From: Octopus sinensis
Taxonomy: Eukaryota
Direction: 5' to 3'
Length of the DNA stretch: 38,786 bases
NCBI RefSeq assembly: GCF_006345805.1
Contig: NW_021835851.1
Location: forward strand, 1-38,786
Under the pieces are notes generated by a model. It saw only the letters and a list, made by a program, of their open reading frames with translations, made no database searches and was not told where the DNA came from. The position numbers and the translations under genes were made by a program. This document shows, in pieces, positions 1 through 11,388 of the stretch. Numbering within the stretch: the stretch's first letter is position 1; every line of letters starts with the position of its first letter.

Positions 1-137
1 CGGTTCGGCAAAAGAGATCGATAGAATAAGTCCTAGGCTTACAAAGAATAAGTCCTGGGATGTATTTTTCCGACTAAAGGCGATGCTCCAGCGTGGCTGC
101 AGTCAAGTGGCTGAAACAAGTAAAAGAATAAAAGAAT
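1..137 (+). mobile_element. SINE family A, 3' half (cut by window edge)
   Basis: Matches the 3' part of the copies at 2946, 4017 and 20298 (GGTTCGGCAAAAGAGA..GAATAAG..GCTCCAGC..CAGTC..CTGAAACAAG plus AAAAGAAT tail repeats). Confidence 0.9.
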
Positions 138-151
138 GTATATATATATCC

Positions 152-360
152 ATGTTTGTGTGTCTGCGTTTGTCCCCCCAGCCAACCATCCCTTGACAAC
201 CGATGCTGTTGTGTTCACGTCCCCGTAACTTAGCGGTTCGACAAAACTGACCGATAGAATAAGTTCCAGGCTTACAAAGAATAAGTCCTGGGGTCGATTT
301 GTTCGACTAAACGCGGTACTCCAGCAGGACCGCAGTCAAATGTTTGAAACAAATAAAAAG
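152..360 (+). mobile_element. SINE family A, 3' half
   Basis: TTTGTCCCCC..TTGACAACCGATG..TAACTTAGCGGTTCG..GGGGTCGATTTGTTCGACTAAA..CAGTCAAATG; begins right after a short (TA)n. Confidence 0.9.
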
Positions 361-614
361 AAAAAACAAACAACAAAAAATGAAAGAATCTGATAAAAGA
401 AATGAGTTTGTGTGACGTTCATGCCTCTCACGGATGAAATAGTGACGTAGTTTGAACTTAATTCAAATATCTGCAACCGAAATAAATGAGCAGAAATTTA
501 AATGAAGGTTAACGTGTGCAACAGAGGATCAAGACCAAGCGCAGGACAGCTGCCCCTGGAAGGTATCTATCTTCACAAAATGCAGTTATCTTTGTTATTT
601 AAAGTAAACATAAC

Positions 615-791
615 GCGCGGACCTGGATGTGTGGTAAGTAGCTTTCTTCCCAACCACATGGTTCTGGGTTCAGTCCCACTGCGTGGCACATTGGACAAGT
701 ATCTTCTACTATTGCCTCGGGCCGACCGAAACTTTGTGGGTGGATTTGGTAGACGGAAACTGAAAAGATGCCCTGTCGTATATATATATAT

Positions 792-822
<31 letters not shown>

Positions 823-844
823 CTATATATAATATATATAATAT

Positions 845-890
<46 letters not shown>

Positions 891-900
891 TTTGTGTCCT
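615..900 (+). mobile_element. SINE family A, 5' half with expanded (TA)n
   Basis: tRNA-like head (TGTGTGGTAAG A-box-like, GGTTCAGTCCC B-box-like), body TTTGGTAGACGGAAACTGAAA, then (TA)n at 778-888. Confidence 0.88.
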
Positions 901-1083
901 GCGATCGATCAGGTCAATAACAAAATGTGTTCCATCAATGACCATTCCATCTATTTGGAGACTGGAGAAATCTTGAATAATTTGTCCTTCCCTTGTTAAT
1001 AGAGTGGTGTCCGATCTGAGAGAGATTTGGTGATTATTTTTAGCAGATCAAACAATTACGCAGTAGCTTATAATAGCAGTGGT

Positions 1084-1447
1084 AGCGCAATGACTCAGTT
1101 GTTAGGGCAGTGAACTCGCGATCGCGGGATCGCGGTTTCGATTCCCAGACTGTGCGTTGTGTATGTTTATTGGGCACAAACGCCTGAAGCTCCATGATGC
1201 TCCGGCAGCGGGTGGTGGTGAACCCTGCTGTACTCTTTCACCACAACTTTTTCTCACTCTTTCTTCCTGTTTCTGTTGTACCTGTATTTTAAAGGGTCAG
1301 CCTTGTCACGCAGAATCTCCCCAAGAACTACATTAAACGTACATGTGACTGTGGAGTGCTCAGCCACTTGCACGTTAATTTTACGAGTGGGCTGTTCCGT
1401 TGATCGGATCAACTGGAACCCTCGTCGTCGCAACCAACGGAATGCCA
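1084..1447 (+). mobile_element. tRNA-headed SINE, third family (D)
   Basis: A-box-like CAGTTGTTAGG and B-box-like GTTTCGATTCCC at the 5' end, followed by a ~300-bp non-tRNA body. Single copy in the window; family recognised from memory only. Confidence 0.65.
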
Positions 1448-1453
1448 TGGTAA

Positions 1454-1685
1454 GGCGGCGACCTGGCAGAAACGTTAGCACGCCGGGCGAAATGCGTAGC
1501 CGTATTTCGTCTGTCGTTACGTTGTGAGTTCAAATTCCGCCGAGGTCGACTTTGCCTTTCATCCTTTCGGGGTCGATAAATTAAGTACCAGTTACGCACT
1601 GAGGTCGATGTAATCGACTTAATACCTATGTCTGTCTTTGTTTGTCCCCTCTGTGTTTAGCCCCTTGTGGATAATAAAGAAATAG
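1454..1685 (+). mobile_element. SINE family B, full length
   Basis: GGCGGCGACCTGGCAGAAACGTTAGCAC head, GAGTTCAAATTCC B-box-like, central GCCTTTCATCCTTTCGGGGTCGATAAATTAAGTACCAG; near-identical inverted copy at 8271-8502. Confidence 0.9.
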
Positions 1686-1861
1686 TTAATAGCAGCTTCG
1701 TCGTCGTCGTTGTTGTTGTTGTTGTCGTGGTGGTGGGGGGCCTGTTGAGGTGGTGGTGGTGGTAAGGTGATGGTTGTGACGTGGTGGTGACGTGGTGGTA
1801 GTCGTCGTAGCAATAGTGGTAATGATGATGCAATGGTGGACTTGTTTTATAAATAAAGGTT

Positions 1862-1930
1862 TGAGAAGAAGAAGAGAAGAAGAAGAAGAAGAAGAAGAAG
1901 AAGAGAAGAAGAAGAAGAAGAGAAGAAGAA
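1862..1930 (+). repeat. (GAA)n microsatellite
   Basis: Direct reading. Confidence 0.95.
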
Positions 1931-2371
1931 AGCAGCGACTACATCATCACCATCATCAACAACATCAAGAACACCAACAAAATATTCAATAAAATCCGGT
2001 GACATTTTCCTCGATAAAATATTTTCACAATTTCTTCGTTTAAATATAAATGTTGCTGAAAAACATTCAACAATCGCAGAAATTTGTTCCTTTTTACTTT
2101 TCTTTCCTCATTCATTCATTTATTCATTTTTCTTCTCTCAAAATTGTTTTATTACTCCTTCATTTGTTACTTTTTATTTTATTCAATATTGCTTCCGCTT
2201 TTACATTCGAATTTCCTATTTTTTTCTAAATTTGGTAAATTTTTTAAAATCTTTTTCTCTTTCTCTGTTATCTAATCCACATTTCTCGTTTTTTGCGTTT
2301 TTTGCTTTTTTCCTTCTTTCTATCCTTATATTCGTCTTCATTGTATTATTTCCTTCCTACCATGTCCATAG

Positions 2372-2512
2372 CCTCTTCTTCTTCTTCTTCTTCTTCTTCT
2401 TCTTCTTCTTCTTCTTCTTCTTCTACTTCTTCTTCTCCTCCCCCTCCTCCCTCTCCTCCTTCTTCTTCTTCTTCTCCTTCTTCTTCTTCTCCTCCTCCTC
2501 CTTCTTCTTCTT
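2372..2512 (+). repeat. (TCT)n/(TCC)n microsatellite
   Basis: Direct reading. Confidence 0.95.
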
Positions 2513-2822
2513 TTGCTCTAAATTCGACGAGTTCCTGATAAAATATGGATTCCTGTTTGAGTTAAAATAAAAGAAAAAAAATTGACAACCATTCAGAAGC
2601 GAGTATCACGTGATATCTAGCACCATGCTTTCGTCCATTCTTTTAGGTGCCTGTGGAGTCACGAGCAGACACAGGCACGATCTTAGCCCTCGAACCACTT
2701 AACGCAATGGGACGTCGGGGGATGTGACTATTACAGTGAGGAAAGACTGCACCCAGTAGTCGGATGACCAGATTGAAGGATCATAAATTGATGTTCCTTG
2801 ATCAACGAAAAAAACGCACAGG

Positions 2823-2890
2823 CCCAACCAGGAATTGAAACCACAACCTATAGGATACGAAAATAAAACTCTAACCACTAGGTCACGTGA
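2823..2890 (-). mobile_element. Old tRNA-derived SINE head
   Basis: Minus strand reads TAGTGGTTAG (A-box-like) then GTTTCAATTCC (B-box-like) with tRNA-like spacing; no acceptor stem found. Confidence 0.45.
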
Positions 2891-2945
2891 CTTCTCTCTT
2901 GAAAGAAAGTCAGTAGCAACAAACTTATCGGGATGCGAAATCACA

Positions 2946-3320
2946 GGCGCTGTGTGGTTAGAAGCTTACTTCTCAATCACATGGTTCCGGGTTCAGTCCC
3001 ACTGTGTGGCATCTTGGGCAAGTGAATTCTACTATAGCCTCTAGCCGACCAAAGCCTTGTGAGTAGATTTGGTAGGCGGAAAGTGAAAGAAGCCAGTCGT
3101 ATATGTATGTGTGTGTCTTTGACCGCACCACCACTGCTTGACAACCGGTATTGGTTTGTTTGCATTCCCGTAACTTAGCGGTTCCGCAAAAGAGACTGAT
3201 AGAATAAGTACTAGGCTTTAAAAAAAAGTAAGTACTGGGGTCGATTCATTCGACTAAAAATTCTTCCAGTCGGTGCCCCAGCATGGCCACAGTCTAATGA
3301 CTGAAGTGATTGAAAGAAAT
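2946..3320 (+). mobile_element. SINE family A, full length
   Basis: Head GCTGTGTGGTTAGAAGC..GGTTCAGTCCC, short internal TG tract, 3' CCAGCATGGCCACAGTCTAATGACTG. Confidence 0.9.
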
Positions 3321-4016
3321 ATCAGTAAAATGAATGAGTAATTTTCGTAATTAAAATTAGTTTTACAATAAACTCAATAAAGTTCAATATCGCTAAATCA
3401 GAGCCAACCAAATTTCCCTCACAATGATTTCGCCGAACCCCCAAAGAAGCAAGTGTATGGCAAAGGACATTTCAGGAAAAGTGGTGTACCGAGGGATTGA
3501 ACCCGAAACTATAGATTTATGAAGCGAACAAAGCCTAGGAAAACCTGCAGGTAGTGTAGCTGTAATCTATGTCATTGCCTTTGCAGCTTCGGTATGCTGA
3601 TCCTTCTTTAAGCCGCACTATAATTTACGAAAAACTTGTATCTGCGCGCAGGGTATACGTCGCCCACAATCCCCACCCCGATGCCTTTTTGTTTTCAATT
3701 ATCTATTTACTTTGCTTTTTACTTGCTCGCATTGAAGAAGAACCTTCTCGTAGTTTCGTGAAATTGGGGCCTTTAATGATTGTCTTGAACCTTACCGGCA
3801 AAAAAAAAAAAAACATGAGTAGAAATGGAATTCCATAGGTCCGAGGTTTTGAAAAGGAAGAACAACGAGTGAGGATTAGCGCGGAATGACAGGTGTGACT
3901 CAGTAAGGGTGACAGGAGGTGGAGGAGGAGGAGGGGGAGTCAGTGGTAAATATCATAGTAGAAGTGGCATAAAATGTTACCATGGAGTCCTGATCTTAAA
4001 ACTTGAAAAATATGTA

Positions 4017-4437
4017 GGCGCAGGCATGGCTGTGTGGTAGGAAGCATGCTTCTCTACCACATCATTCCCGGTTCACTCCTGTTTCGTGGCATCTTGGCAA
4101 AGAGTCTTCTACTATATTCCCGGGCTGACCAAAGTAGCTTGTCGTTTACGTGTGCGTGTTTGTATGTGTGTGTATGCTTGTGTGTGTATGTGTGTGTGCC
4201 TGTGTGCGCGCATGCGTTTGCATCTGTGTTTGTCCCCCACCGCTGCTTGACAACCAATATCGATGTCTTTACATCACGGTACCTTAGCGGTTCAGCAAAA
4301 GAGATCAACAGAATAAATTCCAGGCTTTAAAAGAATTAAATACTGGGGATCGATTCGTTCGACTAAAACTTCTTGAAGACGCTGCTCCAGCATGGCCGCA
4401 GTTGAATAACTAAAGCAAGAAAAAGATAAAAGATAAG
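4017..4437 (+). mobile_element. SINE family A, full length
   Basis: Same head, body and tail as the other copies; internal (TG)n; AAAAGAT tail repeats. Confidence 0.9.
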
Positions 4438-5351
4438 TGATATACATTTGAGGGCTTCGAGGGGGTTGTTTATATTCCAGGACGGACGCCTTGTCTGTAT
4501 GCAAAGCAAAATTCGTGGAACACTCTCCGATTCCTCAATATAACTTATACCGAAGCTGACTGCAACCAATTCCTTGTTTACTAAATTCTTGCTCGCTATA
4601 CTGTCTCCACCATTTTAATTAGAAATAAATTCATGCGAAAAGAAGAAACTACTAGAATCATGAGAATTAAGAAGAGATGAAATAAGCAATATATTGTGTG
4701 AAGAACGAGAACCAAGACTGGTTTTTCCCCATCTCTGAAGTGTTCCAGAACTCATTCAAACGCATTAGTTTCGAAATATTCCTATTCTAATCTAACGTGT
4801 TACTCTATATTTCACTTTAGAATATCCGACAAGAAATATGGCCCATATTTTTATGACCAGAAAATGTTTTATTATTATTTCCCAGCTTAGATTTCTGCGC
4901 TAGTTCCAAGCTTCTTATATATTCCGTTCCAAATAGTTTACTTCATGCTAGTTGTCTTGATCCAAACCGTTTCTAAAACCTCTAAATATTTATAGCCATC
5001 ATTCCAGCCTATTTTATTACTTTCTTGTCTGATAATTCCATTCCATTATTTTCCATTATTTCTATTCGCTCCATTATAAGAACATTGCAGTGTATAATCC
5101 TAAATTCTATCAACAACGACTCCAATAACAACGACGGCGACGACCACGACGGTGATATCATCAACATCAACGTATACTCAAACCACTCGTCTATTTTCAC
5201 ATCGATGTGTTCTTAGGCAGGCAATGTGTCTTGGTAAATGGCTTCAAGTATTCCATATCTTGGAGATAATTCCATTGTAGCAGAGTGTTCTTCATTACAC
5301 AATCATTCTTTACCACGGGACATATCAGATGAAACATGATAATTAAGATAT

Positions 5352-5490
<139 letters not shown>

Positions 5491-6048
5491 AAATGCCCTG
5501 ATGCAGTACCAGGCAGTGGCTCTCATGGCTTCTGATCTTAACTGATTGGAAGTGTTATCATGTACATTGTTTTGTCTTGGTATAAAAGATGGGCTACAGC
5601 AAATATTCTGCTCAATACCACAGATTTGCTTGTCAGTTGTTTGACCTTAACCAGTTGAGCATGTCCCTTAGTGGCTGACGATATGTGCATCTCCGATCAC
5701 GAGCAGAAGTAGTGGGGGAGCATCATAGCCATGTGTTGAGAGGGATTCTTTGGGGTTTGAATAGTTCACCTCTGGAAACATGGGTGGTTCTTTCAACATC
5801 CTTAAACAACCCTTATTCAGGGACCGTTTGAGCGGGATGGGCTACTCAACCTGAAGAAAATTCTAACTGGGCCCCACCTGCAAGGTCACGTGCTGTTTGT
5901 CTTGATGTGAGATCACCGTGTCGCGCACATATGGTTGTGATGCATGTGCCTGGTGTACCTTTATCAGACGGGTGGTCATGATGGGTATATTGGGCTTCGT
6001 ATATTTTACCCCAGTGTCACTTTGATGGCATGAACTGCTCTCTCACTC
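5491..6048 (+). mobile_element. Unclassified ~557-bp element C, copy 1, (AAT)n on both sides
   Basis: AAATGCCCTGATGCAG...CTCTCTCACTC; four copies in the window with the same boundaries; no recognisable ORF or tRNA head. Confidence 0.9.
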
Positions 6049-6084
<36 letters not shown>

Positions 6085-6109
6085 TAATAATAATAATAAT
6101 AATAATATA

Positions 6110-6176
<67 letters not shown>

Positions 6177-6205
6177 TATAATAATAATAATAATATAATA
6201 ATAAT
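6049..6205 (+). repeat. (AAT)n microsatellite between C copies 1 and 2
   Basis: Direct reading. Confidence 0.95.
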
Positions 6206-6762
6206 AAATGCCCTGATGCAGTACCAGGCAGTGGCTCTCATGGCTTCTGATCTTAACTGATTGGAAGTGTTATCATGTACATTGTTTTGTCTTGGTATAA
6301 AAGATGGCTACAGCAAATATTCTGCTCAATACCACAGATTTGCTTGTCAGTTGTTTGACCGTAACCAGTTGAGCATGTCCCTTAGTGGCTGACGATATGT
6401 GCATCTCCGATCACGAGCAGAAGTAGTGGGGGAGCATCATAGCCATGTGTTGAGAGGGATTCTTTGGGGTTTGAATAGTTCACCTCTGGAAACATGGGTG
6501 GTTCTTTCAACATCCTTAAACAACCCTTATTCAGGGACCGTTTGAGCGGGATGGGCTACTCAACCTGAAGAAAATTCTAACTGGGCCCCACCTGCAAGGT
6601 CACGTGCTGTTTGTCTTGATGTGAGATCACCGTGTCGCGCACATATGGTTGTGATGCATGTGCCTGGTGTACCTTTATCAGACGGGTGGTCATGATGGGT
6701 ATATTGGGCTTCGTATATTTTACCCCAGTGTCACTTTGATGGCATGAACTGCTCTCTCACTC
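6206..6762 (+). mobile_element. Element C, copy 2 (tandem, nearly identical to copy 1)
   Basis: I found two differences from copy 1 by eye (GATGGCTA vs GATGGGCTA; GACCGTAA vs GACCTTAA). Confidence 0.9.
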
Positions 6763-6800
<38 letters not shown>

Positions 6801-6804
<4 letters not shown>

Positions 6805-6882
6805 CTTTTACTCTATTATTGCTTCAGTCATTTGACTGTGGCCATGCTGGAGCTTCACCTTTAGTCGAGGAAATTGACCCCG
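6801..6882 (-). mobile_element. SINE family A, 3' tail fragment
   Basis: CTTCAGTCATTTGACTGTGGCCATGCTGGAGC is the reverse complement of the family A tail. Confidence 0.85.
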
Positions 6883-6934
6883 GTACAGTTGCGTTATCAT
6901 AGTAGGCTAGAAGAGAGCGAGAAGGAGAGAGGAA

Positions 6935-6970
6935 CGTGAAGGGGCGGAATAAGAAGGCCATTATTGGAAC
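6935..6970. promoter_or_regulatory. Candidate GC box plus CArG box in a unique CpG-containing island
   Basis: GGGGCGG at 6941-6947; CCATTATTGG (CC[A/T]6GG) at 6958-6967. Motif match only. Confidence 0.25.
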
Positions 6971-7454
6971 CTTCCGCAACGCGTCCCCTTTGATCCATAC
7001 TCACTCACATTCACACGAGGACAACTGTTGACTTCGACTGCAGACACGATCCTGTTTGTCACGGAATTTTCGTTGGAGAATTTAAAGGTGGATTCTCACT
7101 CACTTTCTTTACAGGACGTTTTCTTGTCGGTCAGTCGCATTCAGGGTGACTCTAAGCAAATAGACACTCAGAATTTGGAGAACAGGAAGAAATAGTGAAA
7201 ACCATTTTCTACAATACTGAGAATTGAGCCAATACTGTATGGGTACTTTGTTTCGTTGGCTCCGGAAGCAGGAAATACGAAGTTTATCTCAGTTGGCATT
7301 GGACGTTACGACCTGGAAGAGGTACTACAATATAATATATTTAATTTGTCGTTCAAACGATACCAGTTAGCGACTCTTTTTGCCATTATAGGGCCTTATA
7401 GAATGTGTATTATATATTTTATGCTTCATTTAATATGTATGAGATATATACAGT

Positions 7455-7495
<41 letters not shown>

Positions 7496-7546
7496 TTTAT
7501 ATACACACACACAAACACAAATATATATATATATATATATATACAT

Positions 7547-7601
<55 letters not shown>

Positions 7602-8270
7602 TGAGAGAGAGAGAGAGAAAGAATATTTAAAATTTGACTGTATTGTCGAAGAAATGCGAATGGAAAAGATGAAATAGAGGAAATGAATGATGTATAAAGA
7701 GATGATGTTCGAAGCAAGTAAAATTCACTAAGAAATGGTGAGTGGTGTGCGAGACGGACGATGAGGGAGGAGGTGAACAGAGATGGAAGAGTGGTAGAAA
7801 GAGGTAAATAACCACAGCGTGTTAGTAGGTCAGCTGAATTTAGAAGATGGCGGCGAGAATCTAGTCAAGTGAAGAGGCTGAGAGTATGAGAACTTAAGTC
7901 AACTATTAGTGCTAAACAAAAGAAAATACACGCAGTCAATGAGAATTGCAAGTAGACAGGATGAGATGGAGGAAGATGTCGAAGGAAATGTAATGGAGAG
8001 CGAGACAGACAGACAGATAGACAGAAAGAGAGAGAGAGAGGTTGAGAGAGAAAGAGATGGTATAGAATTGATATCAATAAAATATGTTTGAGAATGTAAA
8101 GAATTGGAAACTATGAGGAGTGTTTAGATTTATAAACACAAAATGGCCGATGTTCAGAAAGGACTTTGGTGTTGATGGATAGAAATATATCGGGATATGG
8201 AATATGGGGTAGGCAGGACCGGATTATGACCCATAGACACCCTAAGCGCTTAAAAGATGTTGAATATATA

Positions 8271-8502
8271 TATTTCTTTACTACCCACAAGGGGCTAAAC
8301 ACAGAGGGGACAAACAAGGACAGACAAACGGATTAAGTCGATTACATCGACCTCAGTGCGTAACTGGTACTCAAATTTATCGACCCCGAAAGGATGAAAG
8401 GCAAAGTCGACCTCGGCGGAATTTGAACTCAGAACGTAACGGCAGACGAAATACCGCTAAGAATTTCACCCGGCATGCTAACGTTTCTGTCAGCGCGCCA
8501 CC
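8271..8502 (-). mobile_element. SINE family B, full length
   Basis: Reverse complement of 1454-1685 at high identity. Confidence 0.92.
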
Positions 8503-8968
8503 AAGATGTTCAAAATATTAATAACAATAAACCATAAAATGAATATTTTTCAAAATAAGACAAAACTGACAGTAAGATAAAAAAATAATGCTTATTTTTG
8601 TATATTTTTACTTTATTTACATTTGAAAAGTTTTCTCCTACTTTTTTGAATTGAAAAGTCTTTGATCAGATGCTCAAAATTAATCTTATGTAACACGTTT
8701 CCTTTTATACTTAGTTGAGATACGACATCCCGAATATTATTCTAATAAGTTTAAAGTGATTTATTTGTGCCGTAAACTATTTACCATATCTGTGCTGTCC
8801 CCATTCAAGCCCTGAGTACGCGCTTATCTTGCTTAATAGTTAATCCAGCGCTAGATGTAGGGACAATGTATGTAACAGTAGACATGCATAATCAGAGTGT
8901 ACGGACTGCATGAAGTGTGCAGAGTCAAACTGCAAGAAGAAGGGAAGCATACATTTTATGCAAATATT

Positions 8969-9032
<64 letters not shown>

Positions 9033-9033
<1 letters not shown>

Positions 9034-9218
9034 TCGGCACGATAGATCTCTAGCCACTAAACCTTTTCTATTTTCTCTCCCTGTTTATTCCTGTGATACT
9101 TTCTGTCGAAGAGCGTAGGCTCGAAACGTGAAAGACTTTCTTAATTCCCGAGCGTTAAACTAATACGTCTGTTTGTTGTTTACACACACGTCTTCGTCTT
9201 TTCTTTTTTTGCAAATTC

Positions 9219-9222
<4 letters not shown>
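9033..9222 (+). mobile_element. Probable Penelope-like terminal-repeat fragment between two (TA)n tracts
   Basis: Contains a decayed hammerhead-like fold at 9099-9134; (TA)n on both sides. Confidence 0.5.
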
Positions 9223-9268
<46 letters not shown>

Positions 9269-9282
9269 TATACATATATATA

Positions 9283-9356
<74 letters not shown>

Positions 9357-9359
<3 letters not shown>

Positions 9360-9806
9360 GGTGGCCCAAAATTAGGCTTACAGTTATCACGTTGGCACTA
9401 TAATTTTCTTTTAAAACATTTTATTACATTTAAATTTCTATCTTACAAACTGAAAAGAGAACTTGATAAAATTAACTAAATTAGCATAGAATAATAGTTT
9501 CATATTTTTTTATAATTAACCCATTAAGACCCACTGTCCTATAAATAGGACACTAAATGAGAACATTAAATCAGCTATAATCACATTGTCTCAGTGTCCT
9601 ATTTATTTCCATTTCTACTTAAAGTAAAGGAGTGTTAATAATTATTTTTTTTCATTTTAACCTATATTCAATCATCTGTAAAAATTTAAAAGTAATATAC
9701 AGAAATTTAAGTACTCTGGGACTTAATGGGTTAAGATCTTAACTGTTACTATATGAAGGCGAAAAAGATAGTTGAATAACTGTAAACCTACTTTTGGGCC
9801 AACCTG
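9357..9806. mobile_element. Tc1/mariner-type MITE
   Basis: TIRs CAGGGTGGCCCAAAATTAGGCTTACAGTT and (reverse complement) CAGGTTGGCCCAAAAGTAGGTTTACAGTT; TA on both flanks. Confidence 0.88.
9520..9730. mobile_element. piggyBac-type MITE nested in the mariner-type MITE
   Basis: TTAA at 9516-9519 and 9731-9734; TIRs CCCATTAAGACCCA and (reverse complement) CCCATTAAGTCCCA. Confidence 0.85.
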
Positions 9807-10239
9807 TATATAAAAACAGATACGTAAAGACCCATGCATATACATATATAACATGTGGTAATTACACTCCATGCAGCAACAATGCACAGTCTTAAAGCAC
9901 TGAGGGAATTCAAAGTAGAAAGCAGAATCATGGAATCTTGAAACGAATATTAAAGACGAAAATCTGAAAGGTTCCTAAATGGAAAATATCTGAAGACATC
10001 CTATACAAGATATAACCAGCCAATGAAATGCCCCCTAATTAGTAACTCTGACTGCTAGAAATATCTGAGAAACCTTCCTCAGATTACACTTTGCTGTTGT
10101 AAAATGAAAGGGCGGACTAAACAATGCTATTCCCGATTCACTTGTGTTGAAAATGCTCAAGATGGCAACGGTTGAGATGTAGTCGGTGTTAGGTGTGTGG
10201 GATTATAGATGATCTGGGGTTAAACAACGAGAAATTGAG

Positions 10240-11125
10240 AGAGAGAGAGAGAGACTCTTAAAGGAAAAGGTGTACGAAGGATATTGAAGATTGATAAGTA
10301 AAGCTGAAAGAGGGAGAGTGAGGGGTGTGTGGGGGAAAGTATGAAGAGATTAGATGGAATGGTATACAGAAAAGATGGAGAATGAACTAGAGACAGAGAA
10401 AAGGTTTAAGAAAGAAGGATGTAGACGTGAATGAAGAAAGAGAAAGATGGGAGGAGAGTAAGGCGTAACAGGGTGAAAAGTCAGGGTATAGGGATTGAAG
10501 GAGAGGGCGGGGGTAGGATTAGAGGGAGTTTATTGTGTAACAGGGTGGAATGAGTGAATGGAAGGAAAATATAACCGGGACATAGTGTCAAAAGGAGAAA
10601 GAGGGGTAGGAATGAATAAAGAGTGGGGAGAGGGAGAAATAGAGAAAGCGATGGTGAGATGTGTGAGAGAGGGAAAGGTAGAGAGAGAGAAGAAGAGAGA
10701 AAAGTGAGAGAGAGGCAGAGTAGGGAAGGGGATAAAGAGAGGGAGAGAGTGAGTATGAAACAGCAGGGTAGAAGTAGGAAAACAGGTGGATAGGGAATTG
10801 TAAAGAGTTAGGATGAGGATTGAGAGAGAGAGAGAGAGAGAGAAAGCAAAAGACAGGAGAGAAAGGAGAGAAAGACGTGTAGGGAAAAAGAGAATGAAAA
10901 GAGAGACAGAGAGGGAGGGAGAGATGGAGAGGGAGAGAGAGGGAGGCAGAGAGGGAGGGAGGGAGGGAGAGAGAGAGACTACTGTTAGAAAGTAATAGTG
11001 AGAAGTTGGAGAAGGGAGAGGGGGAAAAATTAAGAACTTTGGAAGACATTTGGAAGCAGAGTGAAGAGAAAAAAGAAAGACAATGAGAGAGAGATGAGTA
11101 AGGTACGTGTGTGTGTGTGCGTGTG

Positions 11126-11166
<41 letters not shown>

Positions 11167-11346
11167 CTGAGTGTGTGTAAGCATGTATGTATGTATATAT
11201 ATATAAAGAGAAAGTGTGGTGTTGATAACTGATAGATATAGTGAGAGGTGTCAGAGTGGTAGTAAGAGGGATTGGTGAAAGGATAATAGGCGGAGTTAGT
11301 GGATGGAAAAGAACGAAGAAAGGAAGGGATTAGAGGGAGAGAGATT

Positions 11347-11388
<42 letters not shown>

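Noticed and set aside
625-680. tRNA-like sequences at SINE heads (also 1084, 1454, 2946, 4017, 20298)
   Set aside because: Only A/B-box-like motifs; no full cloverleaf found, and each continues into a repeat body.
502-999. 165-aa ORF and similar MVPGSVPLR-type ORFs (4034, 14089, 25593)
   Set aside because: Translations of SINE A plus TA or GATA microsatellite.
5491-5700. HDV-like ribozyme at the 5' end of element C
   Set aside because: I could not assemble the nested double pseudoknot by eye; a descriptor search is needed to exclude it properly.
5660-5880. CTGACGA and CTGAAGA heptamers in element C as hammerhead cores
   Set aside because: No helix II followed by GAAA and no closing helix I/III found.
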